Below, one piece after another: positions 44,036 through 56,955 of a DNA stretch of 64,000 nucleotides. The stretch covers positions 287,680,001 through 287,744,000 of the forward strand of contig OZ024742.1 of NCBI GenBank assembly GCA_964016885.1, read 5' to 3'. Position 1 is the first letter of the stretch. Each line of letters opens with the position of its first letter. The position numbers and the translations under genes are program-made. The stretch is from Eledone cirrhosa (lineage: Eukaryota). The notes beneath the pieces were generated by a model. The model worked only from the letters and a program-made list of their open reading frames with translations. It made no database searches and was not told where the DNA came from.

Positions 44036-44194
44036 GTTGAGATGGAGGGTCTGTGGTTTTTCTCACATATATATATATATTTATTTCGTTTCTGAATTTA
44101 TTTAGCATAACTATATATATATATATGTATGTTTATATATATGTATGTATATATGTATGTATATACGTATGTATATATATGTATGTATATATTA

Positions 44195-44770
44195 TGTCAG
44201 GTCACCAGTTGGTGCTACTGGTAACATGTATCCCAGTACAACCTGTCTCATGGTCGGGTCGTTGGCGACTAAACTGGCAACCCCACCAAGGTTTCTTGGT
44301 GAGGAGGGTGACTTTGGACATCCTGCAGGACTAAAAACAAAACCTGTCAAAGGGCAAGGGAGCTCTTAAGAGTCAATAGCCATCCAAAATCACCGGGAGA
44401 GATGACCCCTTAGCCTTTGTCAAGACAGAATTCTAGGAGAAGGAAAACTCTGATGGTATCCAATGATGTTGACTTGTTCTTCTTTTTGGTAAATATCATC
44501 TTGGTTAAGAGAGTGGGACTGGCTTTGTGCACTATAAAAGCTTCACAGCACAGGCATTGCTTTATATCTGGAGATCTCTCTGCACTTGTCATCACATGGT
44601 ACCATGGGCCCTGCACTATGTATCAATAATGGTCACAAGTGTAGTCTTTGTACCAGAGTTTTCAAGTCGCTGGCTGGACTAAAAAGTCACATTTGTTCAG
44701 CGCATCGGTAGGGGTTCTCCTACATGGATATAAAGTAGTGGCCATACTCGAAAACGAGTTGGCAGCCACC
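44195..44770 (+). mobile_element. About 580-bp internally deleted non-autonomous RTE-derived element
   Basis: Near identical to 53671-54276(-); the end carries an RTE-type zinc-finger remnant followed by (TA)n. Confidence 0.75.
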
Positions 44771-45310
44771 ATATATATATATATATATATTTATATACAT
44801 ATATATATATATATATATAAAAATACGTATTTAAGAAAGCCACAACAATGCAAAGGGAAATCTCGAGGTAGGAAGTGAAATATAGATAGGAAAAACAGGT
44901 GAAAGTGAAAATTGAGAGAGACAAAGATGAAAACAAAACAAAGGTAGAAGGGTTACCGTAGTAGAGATTTAATCCCAATATTTCGGGCTCACGCCCATCA
45001 ACGGGGGAAAAGTTCCAAAAGGGGGGAAACAGGCCAAGCGGAGAAAGTTGTGATGTCGTTAAGACAGGAATGCCGTTATGGGGAGAAAATATTTAAAATT
45101 TAAACGAGGGAAAGAATGCGCGTGCGCGTGATAGGCTGTGGCAAAAGCTACTGACCAAATGGGTTAAATCAAGAGGGTGCGTTAGCGTGTGAAAGCCGTA
45201 AGATATGTGTATGTAAATATATATGTGTGTATAACTGTGTGTGTATAAGTGTAAGTGTGTATATGTGTGAGTGTGTGTGTGTGTGAAAGATAGTGGGCTG
45301 TAGAAGTTGG

Positions 45311-46977
45311 GACCCTCCGCTACACCCCCCAACATCGATCTACCTACCAACGATGCTTCACACCTCGTTACCGACTTAACCGGTACCCTCACCAACGACG
45401 AACTCGAACTTCTGCGCCTCGGACCCAAGTTCATCATTACACAGCGTCTCGATGATAGACTGAAACTCGACATCGAAACCAACTTCTGTCGGACAGTTTA
45501 TCAACTGAAATGGCTAACCGCCATCCAAAACAGCACCGAGATCGATTACAACCCCACAACCCACCCCACACTCCCCACGTATCACCTCGACAAGCCACTC
45601 CACCCCCCACCCACCAACCACGAACTTGACACTAAACTACTCAGGTTGAAACATTCTATCTCTAACATCCTTTCTCAACACACACACACACACAATAAAC
45701 GCAACCTCACCAATGCACAATTTAATACTCTCACCAACCTAAGATCCAGGAACCTTGTGTACCTTCCCTCTGACAAGGGGAAAGAATTCTGTGTCATCTC
45801 GAGAGAGACCTACAACAACTTAGCTCTCCAACATCTTAATGACCACAGCCTCTACTCGAAAGTCACAGGGACCTCCTCGACTCTAATCGAGGAAGGCATT
45901 AACACCATATGGACTAACATCTGTGTCCAACGAAAACTGCCAAAGAAGGTAAAAAACAACATAATGACTCGAAACAGCAAATTACCCACCTTCTACCACC
46001 TGGTCAAAACACATAAACAAGGACCCGATTTGAAAATCAGGCCCATTGTCTCTAGCGTGGAGGGCCCACTCTACAAAATATCGTGGCTGCTCTCCACACT
46101 ACTGAAACCGATTCTACACACACTACCAGCCCACGTCTGCAGCTCAAAGGAAGTCTTGGAGCGACTACACCATCTGGCGCCCAACACCAGAAAGGACAAC
46201 GGTTATGCCTTCAGTCTTGATGTGGTCGCCCTTTATACCTCCGTACCAGCATCCCCAGCTGTCGACCTGTTGACCGAACGAGTCCGAGCATCTAACTTAC
46301 ACTGCTTCGGACTCACACACACGGACATCCACCAACTCCTCTCCTTCGTTGTGGATAATGCACTCTTCAATTTCCTCGGCCACACGTACAAACAAATCTC
46401 TGGGCTACCTATGGGCTCTAGTCTGTCCGGCATACTTGCGATCTCGTACATGGACCACCTGGAACGCAAGGCACTCAATACCTGCCAACCCAACGCCGTC
46501 GCCTTCTACTCCAGATACGTTGATGATATCCTGATACTTACTTCTTCCCGGGAGATGGCGAATGAAATTCACCAAATCTTCAACGATACTGACCAGCACA
46601 TCGATTTCACCATCGAACACCCAGGAGAAGACGGGTCACTCGCCCTCCTCGACTTCCGTATCAACATCTCGGAAGAAGGAGACATAAACACCACCTTCTA
46701 CCGCAAAGCAGCGTGCAAGGACTTATTTGTGCATTATAACTCAGCCCTCCCCAACAACGCTAAGAGAGGCTATGTCTTAAATGAACTGACACGGATCACT
46801 AACAGATGCAGCGACCCGATGGGTGGTCTCACCCATACCACGCAATTCCGTAATCTACTCAGATCTAATGGTTATCCCAAGCGACTGATTAACGGAATTA
46901 GAGACCCCAGACCCAGTAGACTGACACCACTAGAAAACTTAATATTAGCAGGTGCTTCTTTAAAATCCCCCACCTGA
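45311..46977 (+). CDS. PLE reverse transcriptase (start truncated by the inverted terminus)
   Basis: LLRLGPKF, PSDKG, KTHK, IRPIVS, FSLDVVALYTSVP, GLPMGSSLS, YSRYVDD, FTIE, LALLD, FYRK. Confidence 0.93.
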
Positions 46978-47435
46978 GTGAATATACCACGAACGCCATC
47001 CGCAGGGCCATACGGACGGAGGGACTTGACATACATTTGGCCCACACAGGACCTTCGCTGCGAAGATGTCTCTCCAACAAACCCTACGAGGCAGATGGGA
47101 CGTGTTCCCTCAGCAACTGCCCGATACGGGGTGCAGATTGCCTACGCACCTATGTCGTATATAAGATTCAATGCGATAAATGTAACAAGTTTTACATAGG
47201 TAGCACCATCCGACCCCTACATGTTCGTATCAAGGAACATATCAACACCAACGCATCTTCCTTCCGTAAACATATCCTTAAATGCGGAAACCCACAGGGT
47301 AGACCCTTGGTCACAGTCCTAGCGACTGAACGCAGCATCGGATCCTTAAGGATAAAGGAAGCACTTATTATTAAGAACCTCAGACCCCCACTTAACAACC
47401 GGGCTGAGAGAAATGAGCTGACATGGCTAACTTAA
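46920..47435 (+). CDS. PLE linker + C-terminal GIY-YIG endonuclease, in the -1 frame relative to RT
   Basis: FKIPHLSE...CSLSNC......C..YVVYKIQCDKCNKFYIGSTIRPLHVRIKEH...IKEALII...P.LN; frame open from 46920. Confidence 0.92.
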   Translation, partial: TDTTRKLNISRCFFKIPHLSEYTTNAIRRAIRTEGLDIHLAHTGPSLRRCLSNKPYEADGTCSLSNCPIRGADCLRTYVVYKIQCDKCNKFYIGSTIRPLHVRIKEHINTNASSFRKHILKCGNPQGRPLVTVLATERSIGSLRIKEALIIKNLRPPLNNRAERNELTWLT

Positions 47436-48040
47436 CCATAATGACCATTCACAGCCTACGGCCTGCTATCTTCACACATACGCACGTATATACATACCCA
47501 TACGCATACACACACACATCTATATTTATACACGCACACATGTTTTTACAACCTACCACCTTTCACACCCTTTGATTTCCAGCTTCTACAGCCCACTATC
47601 TTTCACACACAAACGCACTCACACATATACACACACACTTACACACACATGTATACCCATGCGCTTACACACACACATCTATATTTATACACGCACACAT
47701 ATTTTACAACCTACCACCTTTCACACCCTTTGATTTCCAACTTCTACAGCCCACTATCTTTCACACACACACACACACTCACACATATACACACTTACAC
47801 TTATACACACACAGTTATACACACATATATATTTACATACACATATCTTACGGCTTTCACACGCTAACGCACCCTCTTGATTTAACCCATTTGGTCAGTA
47901 GTTTTTGCCACAGCCTATCACGCGCACGCGCATTCTTTCCCTCGTTTAAATTTTAAATATTTTCTCCCCATAACGGCATTCCTGTCTTAACGACATCACA
48001 ACTTTCTCCGCTTGGCCTGTTTCCCCCCTTTTGGAACTTT

Positions 48041-48076
48041 TCCCCCGTTGATGGGCGTGAGCCCGAAATATTGGGA
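48041..48076 (+). ncRNA. Variant hammerhead-like motif in the PLE terminus (identical mirror 44973-45008 on minus)
   Basis: TCCC-CCGTTGA-T-GGGC GTGA GCCC-GAAA-TA-TT-GGGA; core differs from CUGANGA at positions 4 and 6. Confidence 0.6.
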
Positions 48077-48268
48077 TTAAATCTCTACTACGGTAACCTT
48101 TCTACCTTTGTTTTGTTTTCATCTTTGTCTCTCTCAATTTTCACTTTCACCTGTTTTTCCTATCTATATTTCACTTCCTACCTCGAGATTTCCCTTTGCA
48201 TTGTTGTGGCTTTCTTAAATACGTATTTTTACACATTTCACAATGCTTCAAGCAAACTTTAACACCCT

Positions 48269-48362
<94 letters not shown>

Positions 48363-48363
<1 letters not shown>

Positions 48364-49061
48364 TAGCTAAACTACCCGTCCTTTGGACGGTTCAAGTAGC
48401 TTTCGATGTAGCTCATTAAACTAAACAAAGTAAATTTGAGTACATAGAAAAAAACGTACTTTATGTAAACATGAAAACCTAATTAATATGTGAGCTCGGT
48501 GTCATCCGTTATACCATGTAACAACAGAAATCCAGTCGAGGTATACATTTTTTTGACAACAGTAAAAGCGCATCATGAAATAGAGAAGTGAAGTGAATAA
48601 TAGACACTGTTATGTACAAAGCATAATATTGTAAAAGTTATGACATCATTTAATGTATGAACATCAATCTTGAAACGATAAATTATACAATGTCAAATCT
48701 ATAACTTAACTTAGTAATCTGTTAGAAATTTCTGGTTTGTTAGTCTCAAGGAAGTGTACCTTTTGTTTCAAGTACAAAGAGTAAATTAAAATCCGAATGA
48801 GCCGAATTACGAAAGATAACTCTTGTCTTACTTAATCACGAAAATTCATACAAATAACCGAAAATTTTTAATGTCTCCAAAGTCTCCAATATCGATTTTT
48901 GAAAGCCTTTGAAGATCATGTACAGGTTTTGTGCAAGGAGAAGCTCTGTAAAAAATTTCAAAGAAATCGCATGAATGGTTTAGAATATATGAGCCCTCAT
49001 TAAAAATTGTCCACACGCACATACACACATACAGAAAATTTCGTCTTTATATATATACAGA
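48363..49061 (-). mobile_element. Non-autonomous Helitron
   Basis: Minus strand: A|TCTGTATATATATAAAG ... CCGTCC AAA GGACGG hairpin then GTAGTTTAG CTAG|T; A/T insertion site. Confidence 0.85.
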
Positions 49062-49079
49062 TATATGTATATATCTATG

Positions 49080-49141
<62 letters not shown>

Positions 49142-49144
49142 CAT

Positions 49145-49240
<96 letters not shown>

Positions 49241-49277
49241 CTATATATATATATATATATAACTATATATATATAGT

Positions 49278-49660
49278 TATGTAATAAACAACATAAGACA
49301 ATTATTTCATTTACCAAAGGTTTCACGAAGACAGACGAGCTTGACACAGACGTCTGAAAATTTATTTAAAACCGACGTGAAATATGGATTTCAAAACAAA
49401 GTCTAGAACAATTGAAAGCGAGGCTGAAATAAAATATCGGACGTAATGTAAAGGGGAAAATAATAAATGTATATGTATGTGTATATTTTTTTATATATAT
49501 ACATATACATTTATTATTTTCCCCTTTACATTACGGCTGTCTTCGTGAAACCTTGGGCAAATGAAATAATTGTCTTATGTTGTTTATTACATATCTAAAA
49601 AGCTCTTTAGTCTACATAGAGCACTCTCATTTCCTTTACATTTCCTACGGAAACACTAAT
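49278..49660. mobile_element. Nested fold-back element with a hammerhead 3' half
   Basis: Outer IR 49278-49334/49537-49593, inner IR about 49442-49480/49498-49535; GAAACCTTTGGTA on minus. Confidence 0.65.
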
Positions 49661-49663
49661 ATA

Positions 49664-49721
<58 letters not shown>

Positions 49722-50406
49722 TATTAGTAACACATTAAAAACCTGCCAGTTTCATAGACATTATTCACAAAAGCACGTATTCAAAACTAGTGATTAGCTG
49801 TGACAACTTCTCATAATAGAGAATACATGTTTCTGCTGATAATGACTTTGGGATTGGCAATGGGTTTTTTTTTTTTCACTGCATTACTGATACCATGTGT
49901 TGAAGTATATAAATGTGTTGAAGTATATAAATTATCAATATGTTAGTAGTTATAGTGTTCATCTCACGGTCGTTAGTTCGTCAGTTCGATTATCGACAAG
50001 GTGTTGTAGCCTTCAGCAGGATACATTGTTTCAAATTGCTCCAGTTCACTCAGCCGAAAAAAACCCCCCAACTTAGATGTACCTATGATTCGAAAGACTG
50101 CGATGCATACCCCTTAACTACTGAGCAATACACAACGTGTGTGTGTGTGTGGGGGGGGGGGGGGGTCAGAGAAGAGAGTGAAAGTTATACTTCCTGTATA
50201 AAGGCATGCTAAAAAGACAGACAAGCAGACAAACACACACACAATTGGGTATTTCCATTTGCCATTTCTTTATATAACTGGTGGGTGGTAAAAGTATTCT
50301 ATTGATAATACATTCATAAATACGAATTAAGTCTCGGCTACATAATTTTCTGCATGGACGTTAGTGTATGCCTGCGTATATAACCATTGTTTATACAATG
50401 TATGCA

Positions 50407-50460
<54 letters not shown>

Positions 50461-50876
50461 GTGTGTGTATCGGTTTATGTATGATGATTGTGTAGTGACT
50501 TGGAGTATAGGAGTTTCATATGTGTGTGCGTGATATTTCTGTGTTTAATTCTATGATTGACTGCCTCTGTGTGTATGTGTAATTTTGTTACGCTTGCGGG
50601 CATTGTTTTGTGTGTGTGTGTGAGTTTCTTTTAAAACATAAGACTGTACGTTTGTGTTAGTGCATTTGTATGTAATGATGCTTGTCTGTGCCTATGTATG
50701 TGTGTGAGTGTACGTCTGTTTCATTTAAAGCCTAAGAATATATATTTGAGTGTATGCATGTGTGTAAGTGTGTGTGTGTGTATAGATGTGTTTGAATTAA
50801 AGCCTAAAAGTATGTTTGCGTATGTCTGTGTGTGCATGTGTGTGTGTGGGGGGGTGTATGTGTGTATGTGTGTGTG

Positions 50877-50918
<42 letters not shown>

Positions 50919-51106
50919 GTGTGTGTGTGTGTGTCCGAGTGTGTATGCATGTGTATGTCTGACTATCTATGTTTGAGTGTGTAAATCCATGCCCAAGTAT
51001 GTATGCATATATATATGTGTGTGTTTGTGTGTGTGTGTACACGTAAGAATTAAAAGCCTAAAAACGTAGTCCTTTATATTTTATCTATTTTTTCTTAATT
51101 TCCTTC

Positions 51107-51139
<33 letters not shown>

Positions 51140-51503
51140 TGTTTCTTCCTGTTTCTTCCTGTTTCTCCTTTTCCTATAATTCTCTTTTCAGATGTTTATC
51201 CTCATATCTTTTTACTTCCTTCCTGCCCTTTTCTCTTCCTTTCAACACTTACTTCCCCTTCATCTTCGCTCTTCTTATCCTTTCCTTTTACTTATCTTAC
51301 ATCAGTCTTTCTTTTTCCTTTTCCTCGCTCTGTGTTTCGTTTTTTTTTTGTTCTTTGCTTTCATTTCTTCTTTCTTTCCTTTTGCTTTATTTTCAATTTT
51401 ATTTTATTTAATCTTTAATCTAACCTTTCATCTAAGTTTTCCTTTTTTTTTTCCTCTCACATCTCTATGAATTATATAACCCCCATTATTTTATTCCGAT
51501 ACC

Positions 51504-51541
<38 letters not shown>

Positions 51542-51949
51542 ATATATATATATATATACATCCTCCATCCTGCACTTTTCTCCCTTAAAACATATTTACA
51601 TATTGCAAGAGGTTTGACATGTTCTCATAAAAAAACACTTCCGGCATGGAAGCCGCACTTTGATAGGTGTCTTGAATCCAGGCATTTTAAAAGTACTAAG
51701 CGAAGACAAACCAATCGGACAGTACAAGTGGTTTTAGTGGAAATAATGTCAATAAACTTCAGCTCATCATTTTTTTCATTTTATTTTACTTTATTTCCCT
51801 ATGCATCCTGTTTTTCCTTTCTTTTGAAGCCCTTTTCATTTACTACTTAGAAAATTACGCCATTTAAAGTATATATTTGAGTTGTGTTGAAGGCCTACCT
51901 CAGCCTTAACGGTGTTATTATCAGAACCGATCCCTATGTATAATGGTAG

Positions 51950-52470
51950 CAACAAGGGAACACCAACCCTGTTTTCAATATACAAATGGGGCTTAAATTT
52001 CAAGATGGCGATTTAAGCATCTTTGTTTGCTATTTGTCAGCTCTTTAAGTTTGAATCGTATGAAAGCGAAGTCGAAGATCCTTACAGTCCTAGTTCCGAT
52101 CCATTGTATATTGATAGTTGTGATCTTTAGGCACATTTGGAACAAGATATTAAGAAAATAATAGATCTCTTCTCTAGTGCCACTACTAAATAAAACTAAA
52201 GTGATGCTTTCACTTGTTCCAGAACAGCCATATGTGGAACCAAATTCTGTCTACGGCGATGGAATCCCTGGATTCTGAGATTAATTTGAAAGTTTATAAG
52301 GCTTCTATAATGTTTGGGGCACACGATAAATGCGTCTGGTCAGATAAGGACTTAAGACTGTCCCTCAAGTGTTTGCATCTTTGATAGATGTGTCATTATA
52401 TCACTGCTATATGTATGAAATATGGACACTATACAGGCGGCACATCCAGATCCTCGAAATATTCCACTGA
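51950..52470 (+). pseudogene. Decayed RTE (BovB-like) ORF remnant
   Basis: LLYVYEIWTLYRRHIQILEIFH resembles LLYGCETWT.YRRH...LE.FH; KTKVM upstream. Confidence 0.65.
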
Positions 52471-53106
52471 GGCGTATTGCGAAAATTAGCCGACAACTAT
52501 GACGGCAAATATAATTGTTTCTACTTTTGGCACAATGCCAGCAATTACGCAGTGCATTACTGGTACTTTATTTTATCGACCCCGTAAGGATGAAAGGCAA
52601 AGTTAACCTCGGCGGGATTTGAATAACGGCAAATATAATCATCGTACTTCAGTATAAAAGTAAATAAACCACGATATCAAATATGCCGTCGCGGGTTCGT
52701 ATCGTCCGCACGTCACGAAAGGAATTTTGTTCTTTATTTATAAACGATTCGCTACATAACGCTATCTTAGAATAGGTATTTTGGAATATACGTTTTATTC
52801 AAATTCGGTACGGGCTCGGATACTTTCACAGGCTGGACTGTTTCAATCATGCCTCTGCTTAGGTTTAGTAAGGGTGGGGGTTGCTAATTTGTAGAAAACA
52901 AGCGTCGTTGTTTTAAATAAACTAAACCACAAGACGGAATATGTCGGTGCCAGTTCGTATCATTTTCATGTCAGAAATGTCTTTTATTTTTATACAGGTG
53001 TATACATTGATAGGTACATTACGAGAGATATGTATGCACACACATCTTACAGTAGAAAATGCATACACACACACACGCGCACGCACACACACATATACAC
53101 ACACAC

Positions 53107-53180
<74 letters not shown>

Positions 53181-53202
53181 AACCACAAACCCTCCATCAC
53201 AG

Positions 53203-53246
53203 TTCTACTTTTGAAAAGCACAAGAACTGCGAAACCGGTAAAGGAA
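53203..53246 (+). ncRNA. Hammerhead motif with U3-A8 core
   Basis: CTT-TTGAAAA-GCA CAAGAAC TGC-GAAA-CCGG-TA-AAG. Confidence 0.7.
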
Positions 53247-53482
53247 CCAAATAAATATTTAAAAAAAAACTCCAGTTGCATTTTCGATTTCATCTTTTTT
53301 CCTTATACTTTCACTGGTGTAGAACATCTCGTTTTTTTTTCCATTTTGTAAAAATACCTCATTTTCTAATATATATAGACATGTTCTTTATTTATAAACG
53401 ATTCGCTACATAACGCTACATAACAATATCGGTTTCAACAAACGTTTTCAGATACAGAATCTTGCTACACAAATTCAGAAAC

Positions 53483-53517
<35 letters not shown>

Positions 53518-53623
53518 TCAAAATTAAATTAAGGGTGTCATGTCAGAGAGACATGCGTCAAAAAAATGATTCGACATATGTAAATATGTAAATGTGAATT
53601 TAACTAACCTTTGTGTGTGTGCG

Positions 53624-53670
<47 letters not shown>

Positions 53671-53672
<2 letters not shown>

Positions 53673-54276
53673 TGGCTGCCAACTCGTTTTCGAGTACGGC
53701 CACTATTTTATATCCATGTAGAAATCCTACCGATGCGCTGAACGAGTGTGACTTTTTAGTCCAGCCAGCGACGTGAAAACTCTGGTACAAACACTACACT
53801 TGTGACAATTATTGACACATAGTGTTGGGCCCATGGTACCAGGTGACGACAAGTGCAGAGAGATCTCCAGATATAAAGCAATGCCTGTGCCGTGAAGCTT
53901 TTATAGTGAGCAAAGGCACTGCACAAAGCCAGTCCCACTCTTTTAACCAAGATGATATTTACCAAAAAGAAGAACAAGTCAACATCATTGGATACCATCA
54001 GGGTTGCAGGTGTTATATCAGAGATTTCCTTCTCCTAGAATTCTGTCTTGACAAAGGCTAAGGGGTCATCTCTCCCGGTGATTTTGGATGGCCATTGACT
54101 CTTAAGAGCTCCTTTGCCCTTTGACAGGTTTTGTTTTTAGTCCTGTAGGATGTCCAAAGTCACCCTCCTCACCAAGAAACATTGGTGGGGTTGCCAGTTT
54201 AGTCGCCAACGACCCGACCATGAGACAGGTTGTACTGGGATACATGTTACCAGTAGCACCAACTCATGACCTGACA
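53671..54276 (-). mobile_element. Non-autonomous RTE-derived element (third copy)
   Basis: Reverse-complement match to 44195-44770. Confidence 0.8.
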
Positions 54277-54891
54277 CACACACATATATATATATACGCA
54301 CACACACACAAAGGTTAGTTAAATTCACATTTATATATTTACATATGTCGAATAATTTTTTTAGTTGTCCATAAAAGACTTACTTTAGAATCTTATTGCC
54401 ATTCATTTCCAGAAAATGACCCCGCCATCTCAGTTGAGTCCCAGTTAGGAAAGATTCTATGCCAGACATTATACGTAGATAAGATATCACTCTTCCTCAG
54501 TCTGTCATCTCATTTTATTTTGTCTCAGGCATCTCATGTAATTGATATGTTTCCAATATAAAGGCGAATTAGCAGACTCGTTAGAACGTCGGATAAAATA
54601 CTTTGTGGAATTCATTTCCGTAATCTGCTCTCTGAGTTCAAATCTGCTTGAAAGTACAATACACTCTGGTGAAACCATGCCAGCCGTTGTTCTTAAAATT
54701 ACGAATGCCCATTCTTCATGATTTCATGCAAATGAAACTGTTCTAATCCTGTAGAAGCCATTTCTATATTAAATATTGATGTTTACACTCTACTGATCTA
54801 TTGAGTACCTCTTTAGCTATGGTTACCCCCGATTTCACTCGGGATCTACACACACACACATACACACACACACATATATGTATATATATAT

Positions 54892-55049
54892 ATAGGAACG
54901 AGTAGGACCCTGACGGCTGAGCTCAAGCCGTTTCGACGGCTAATTCTGGACTAAATGAAAATTTTTATCCTGGTAAAAAATGTTCATTTAGTCCAGAATT
55001 AGCCGTCGAAACGGCTTGAGCTCAGCCGTCGGGGTCCTCTCGTTCCTAT
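54892..55049. mobile_element. Fold-back element with about 76-bp arms and a hammerhead 3' half
   Basis: Arms 54892-54967/54974-55049; GAAA-CGGCT TGAGCTC AGCCG-TC; starts at (TA)n. Confidence 0.75.
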
Positions 55050-55938
55050 TACCCACTCTACTACCCTAAGTATTGAGTACTTTGGTGCGTTATGGTCCAT
55101 CTGGTTCCGTACCACATTTCCCTAATGTATAATAAACAATACAATATAATTACCTCATTACCAGAGGTTTCCCGAATAAGACGAATACGAAAGAAAAGTC
55201 CTCATTCGTTCGTCGGACAAGGCAATATAAAACATAGTGAAATATTTGGAAAGTCTCCTCAAGAAATGCAAAATATATATATATATAAATAAAAGTAATG
55301 CAATAAATATATAAAAAATATAAGGAAATATAGTTAGGTGTGTGTATATGTATGTATATACACTCACAAATGTACATATGTATGTATGTACAAATGCGTG
55401 TGTATGGTGAAAATGTGTGCGTAAGTACATATATGAGGGCAAGTATATTTGTGTATATGTGACCGCAAATACGGATATAATTTGAGTTGAAAAAGAAAAT
55501 GATAATATAGTTGACACGCATCCAGATACAGGTATTAGATACACATACGAGTATGAAAGCACGTGTATAAACACACACACACGCGCGCGGTCACTTATAT
55601 GCGGAAGATAAAGAGGGAAGGGAGTGTAATAGTTAAAAGAAAGTGTCATTCTCGATATATGTATCAAAATGAAACAATATATGAGAAAGAAAAAATGTTT
55701 AAATGAAAGAGAAAGTAGTCAATTAACACTAGAGAAAAGAAAAGAAGAGAAAAGAAAACAAACAAGGTACACGCGTACATACACATATATCTATAAAAAA
55801 CATATCTATAAAAAATTATATATACACGCAATACGTACAGACAAAAGCGTATGCATGCGTACATACATACACAGGATGCACATATATATACATACATATC
55901 GCCCCATGTATATCTAATCACTCGTACGTACGCGACTG

Positions 55939-55995
<57 letters not shown>

Positions 55996-56350
55996 GCACA
56001 CATACACACCCATACATACAATACATATATACACACATACACACATACATATTCACGTACATTGACCCGCTTACACGCACACACATAAAAATAAGAATGT
56101 AAAAAACATAGATGTAAAAACACAGATATAAAAAGAAAAAAAAAACACACATACATACACATATATATACACGCACGCACGCGCACATACGGAGGCGTTC
56201 GTGTACATATACAGAACGTATACACACATAAAGGCGCTCAGACACATAGATACATATTTTCCTATTTTTTCTCTTCTCGTATATTTTTATCATATGTAAC
56301 TGGATACTTTCTTGTTCACAAGTTGTTTTAGGCCTCATATCATGTTACCT

Positions 56351-56420
56351 TATTTTATCTGATGAGAACACAATTTTTGTCCTAGGATGATGTTGTTTTC
56401 GAAATGCGCATAATAAAATA
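56351..56420 (+). ncRNA. Canonical-core type I hammerhead motif
   Basis: TATTTTAT-CTGATGA-GAACACAA...TTGTTTTC-GAAA-TGCGCA-TA-ATAAAATA: 8-bp stem I, G-C closed stem II, palindromic stem III. Confidence 0.85.
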
Positions 56421-56450
56421 TATGGAACTTTTTTAACCATCTTTTAATTT

Positions 56451-56508
<58 letters not shown>

Positions 56509-56776
56509 TTTAAGACTATACAGAGCATTTGATGTTATTCCAAATTGAAGGATAAGTGTTTTAAACTTTATTTTATCATGAGTTAAAGGTCTATTGATTT
56601 TTCCCTGGATTGCACTAAATTCTGTGGATGAATTTGTATCCTGATTCTCTTTTGAGATGAGTTTGAATTATTTTTCCTAAATCTTACGTTAACTACTTTT
56701 CCCATCTTGACGTTATAGTCGCATATATGTTATAGAATGCTGTTAGCTTCTCGCTTAAACAATCTCTATACCTCTC

Positions 56777-56845
<69 letters not shown>

Positions 56846-56898
56846 AAATTAAAAGATGGTTAAAAAAGTTCCATATATTCATACGTATTTGTATATAT

Positions 56899-56955
<57 letters not shown>

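Larger units (their letters stand above)
44818..48271 (+). mobile_element. Penelope-like element, 5'-truncated, with about 490-bp inverted pseudo-LTRs (44818-45310 / 47737-48231) and a 40-nt 3' extension, inserted in (TA)n
   Basis: RT and GIY-YIG ORF remnants; near-identical inverted termini; about 157-bp tandem duplication at 47490-47800. Confidence 0.95.

Noticed and set aside
46975-46977. TGA ending the PLE RT frame as possible selenocysteine (as in Naiad PLEs)
   Set aside because: The endonuclease continues in a different frame and is C-terminal, unlike Naiads; read-through would not restore it
52728-53418. 37-bp direct repeat at 52728-52764 and 53382-53418
   Set aside because: Long for a typical TSD and encloses mixed repeats; no coherent element could be defined
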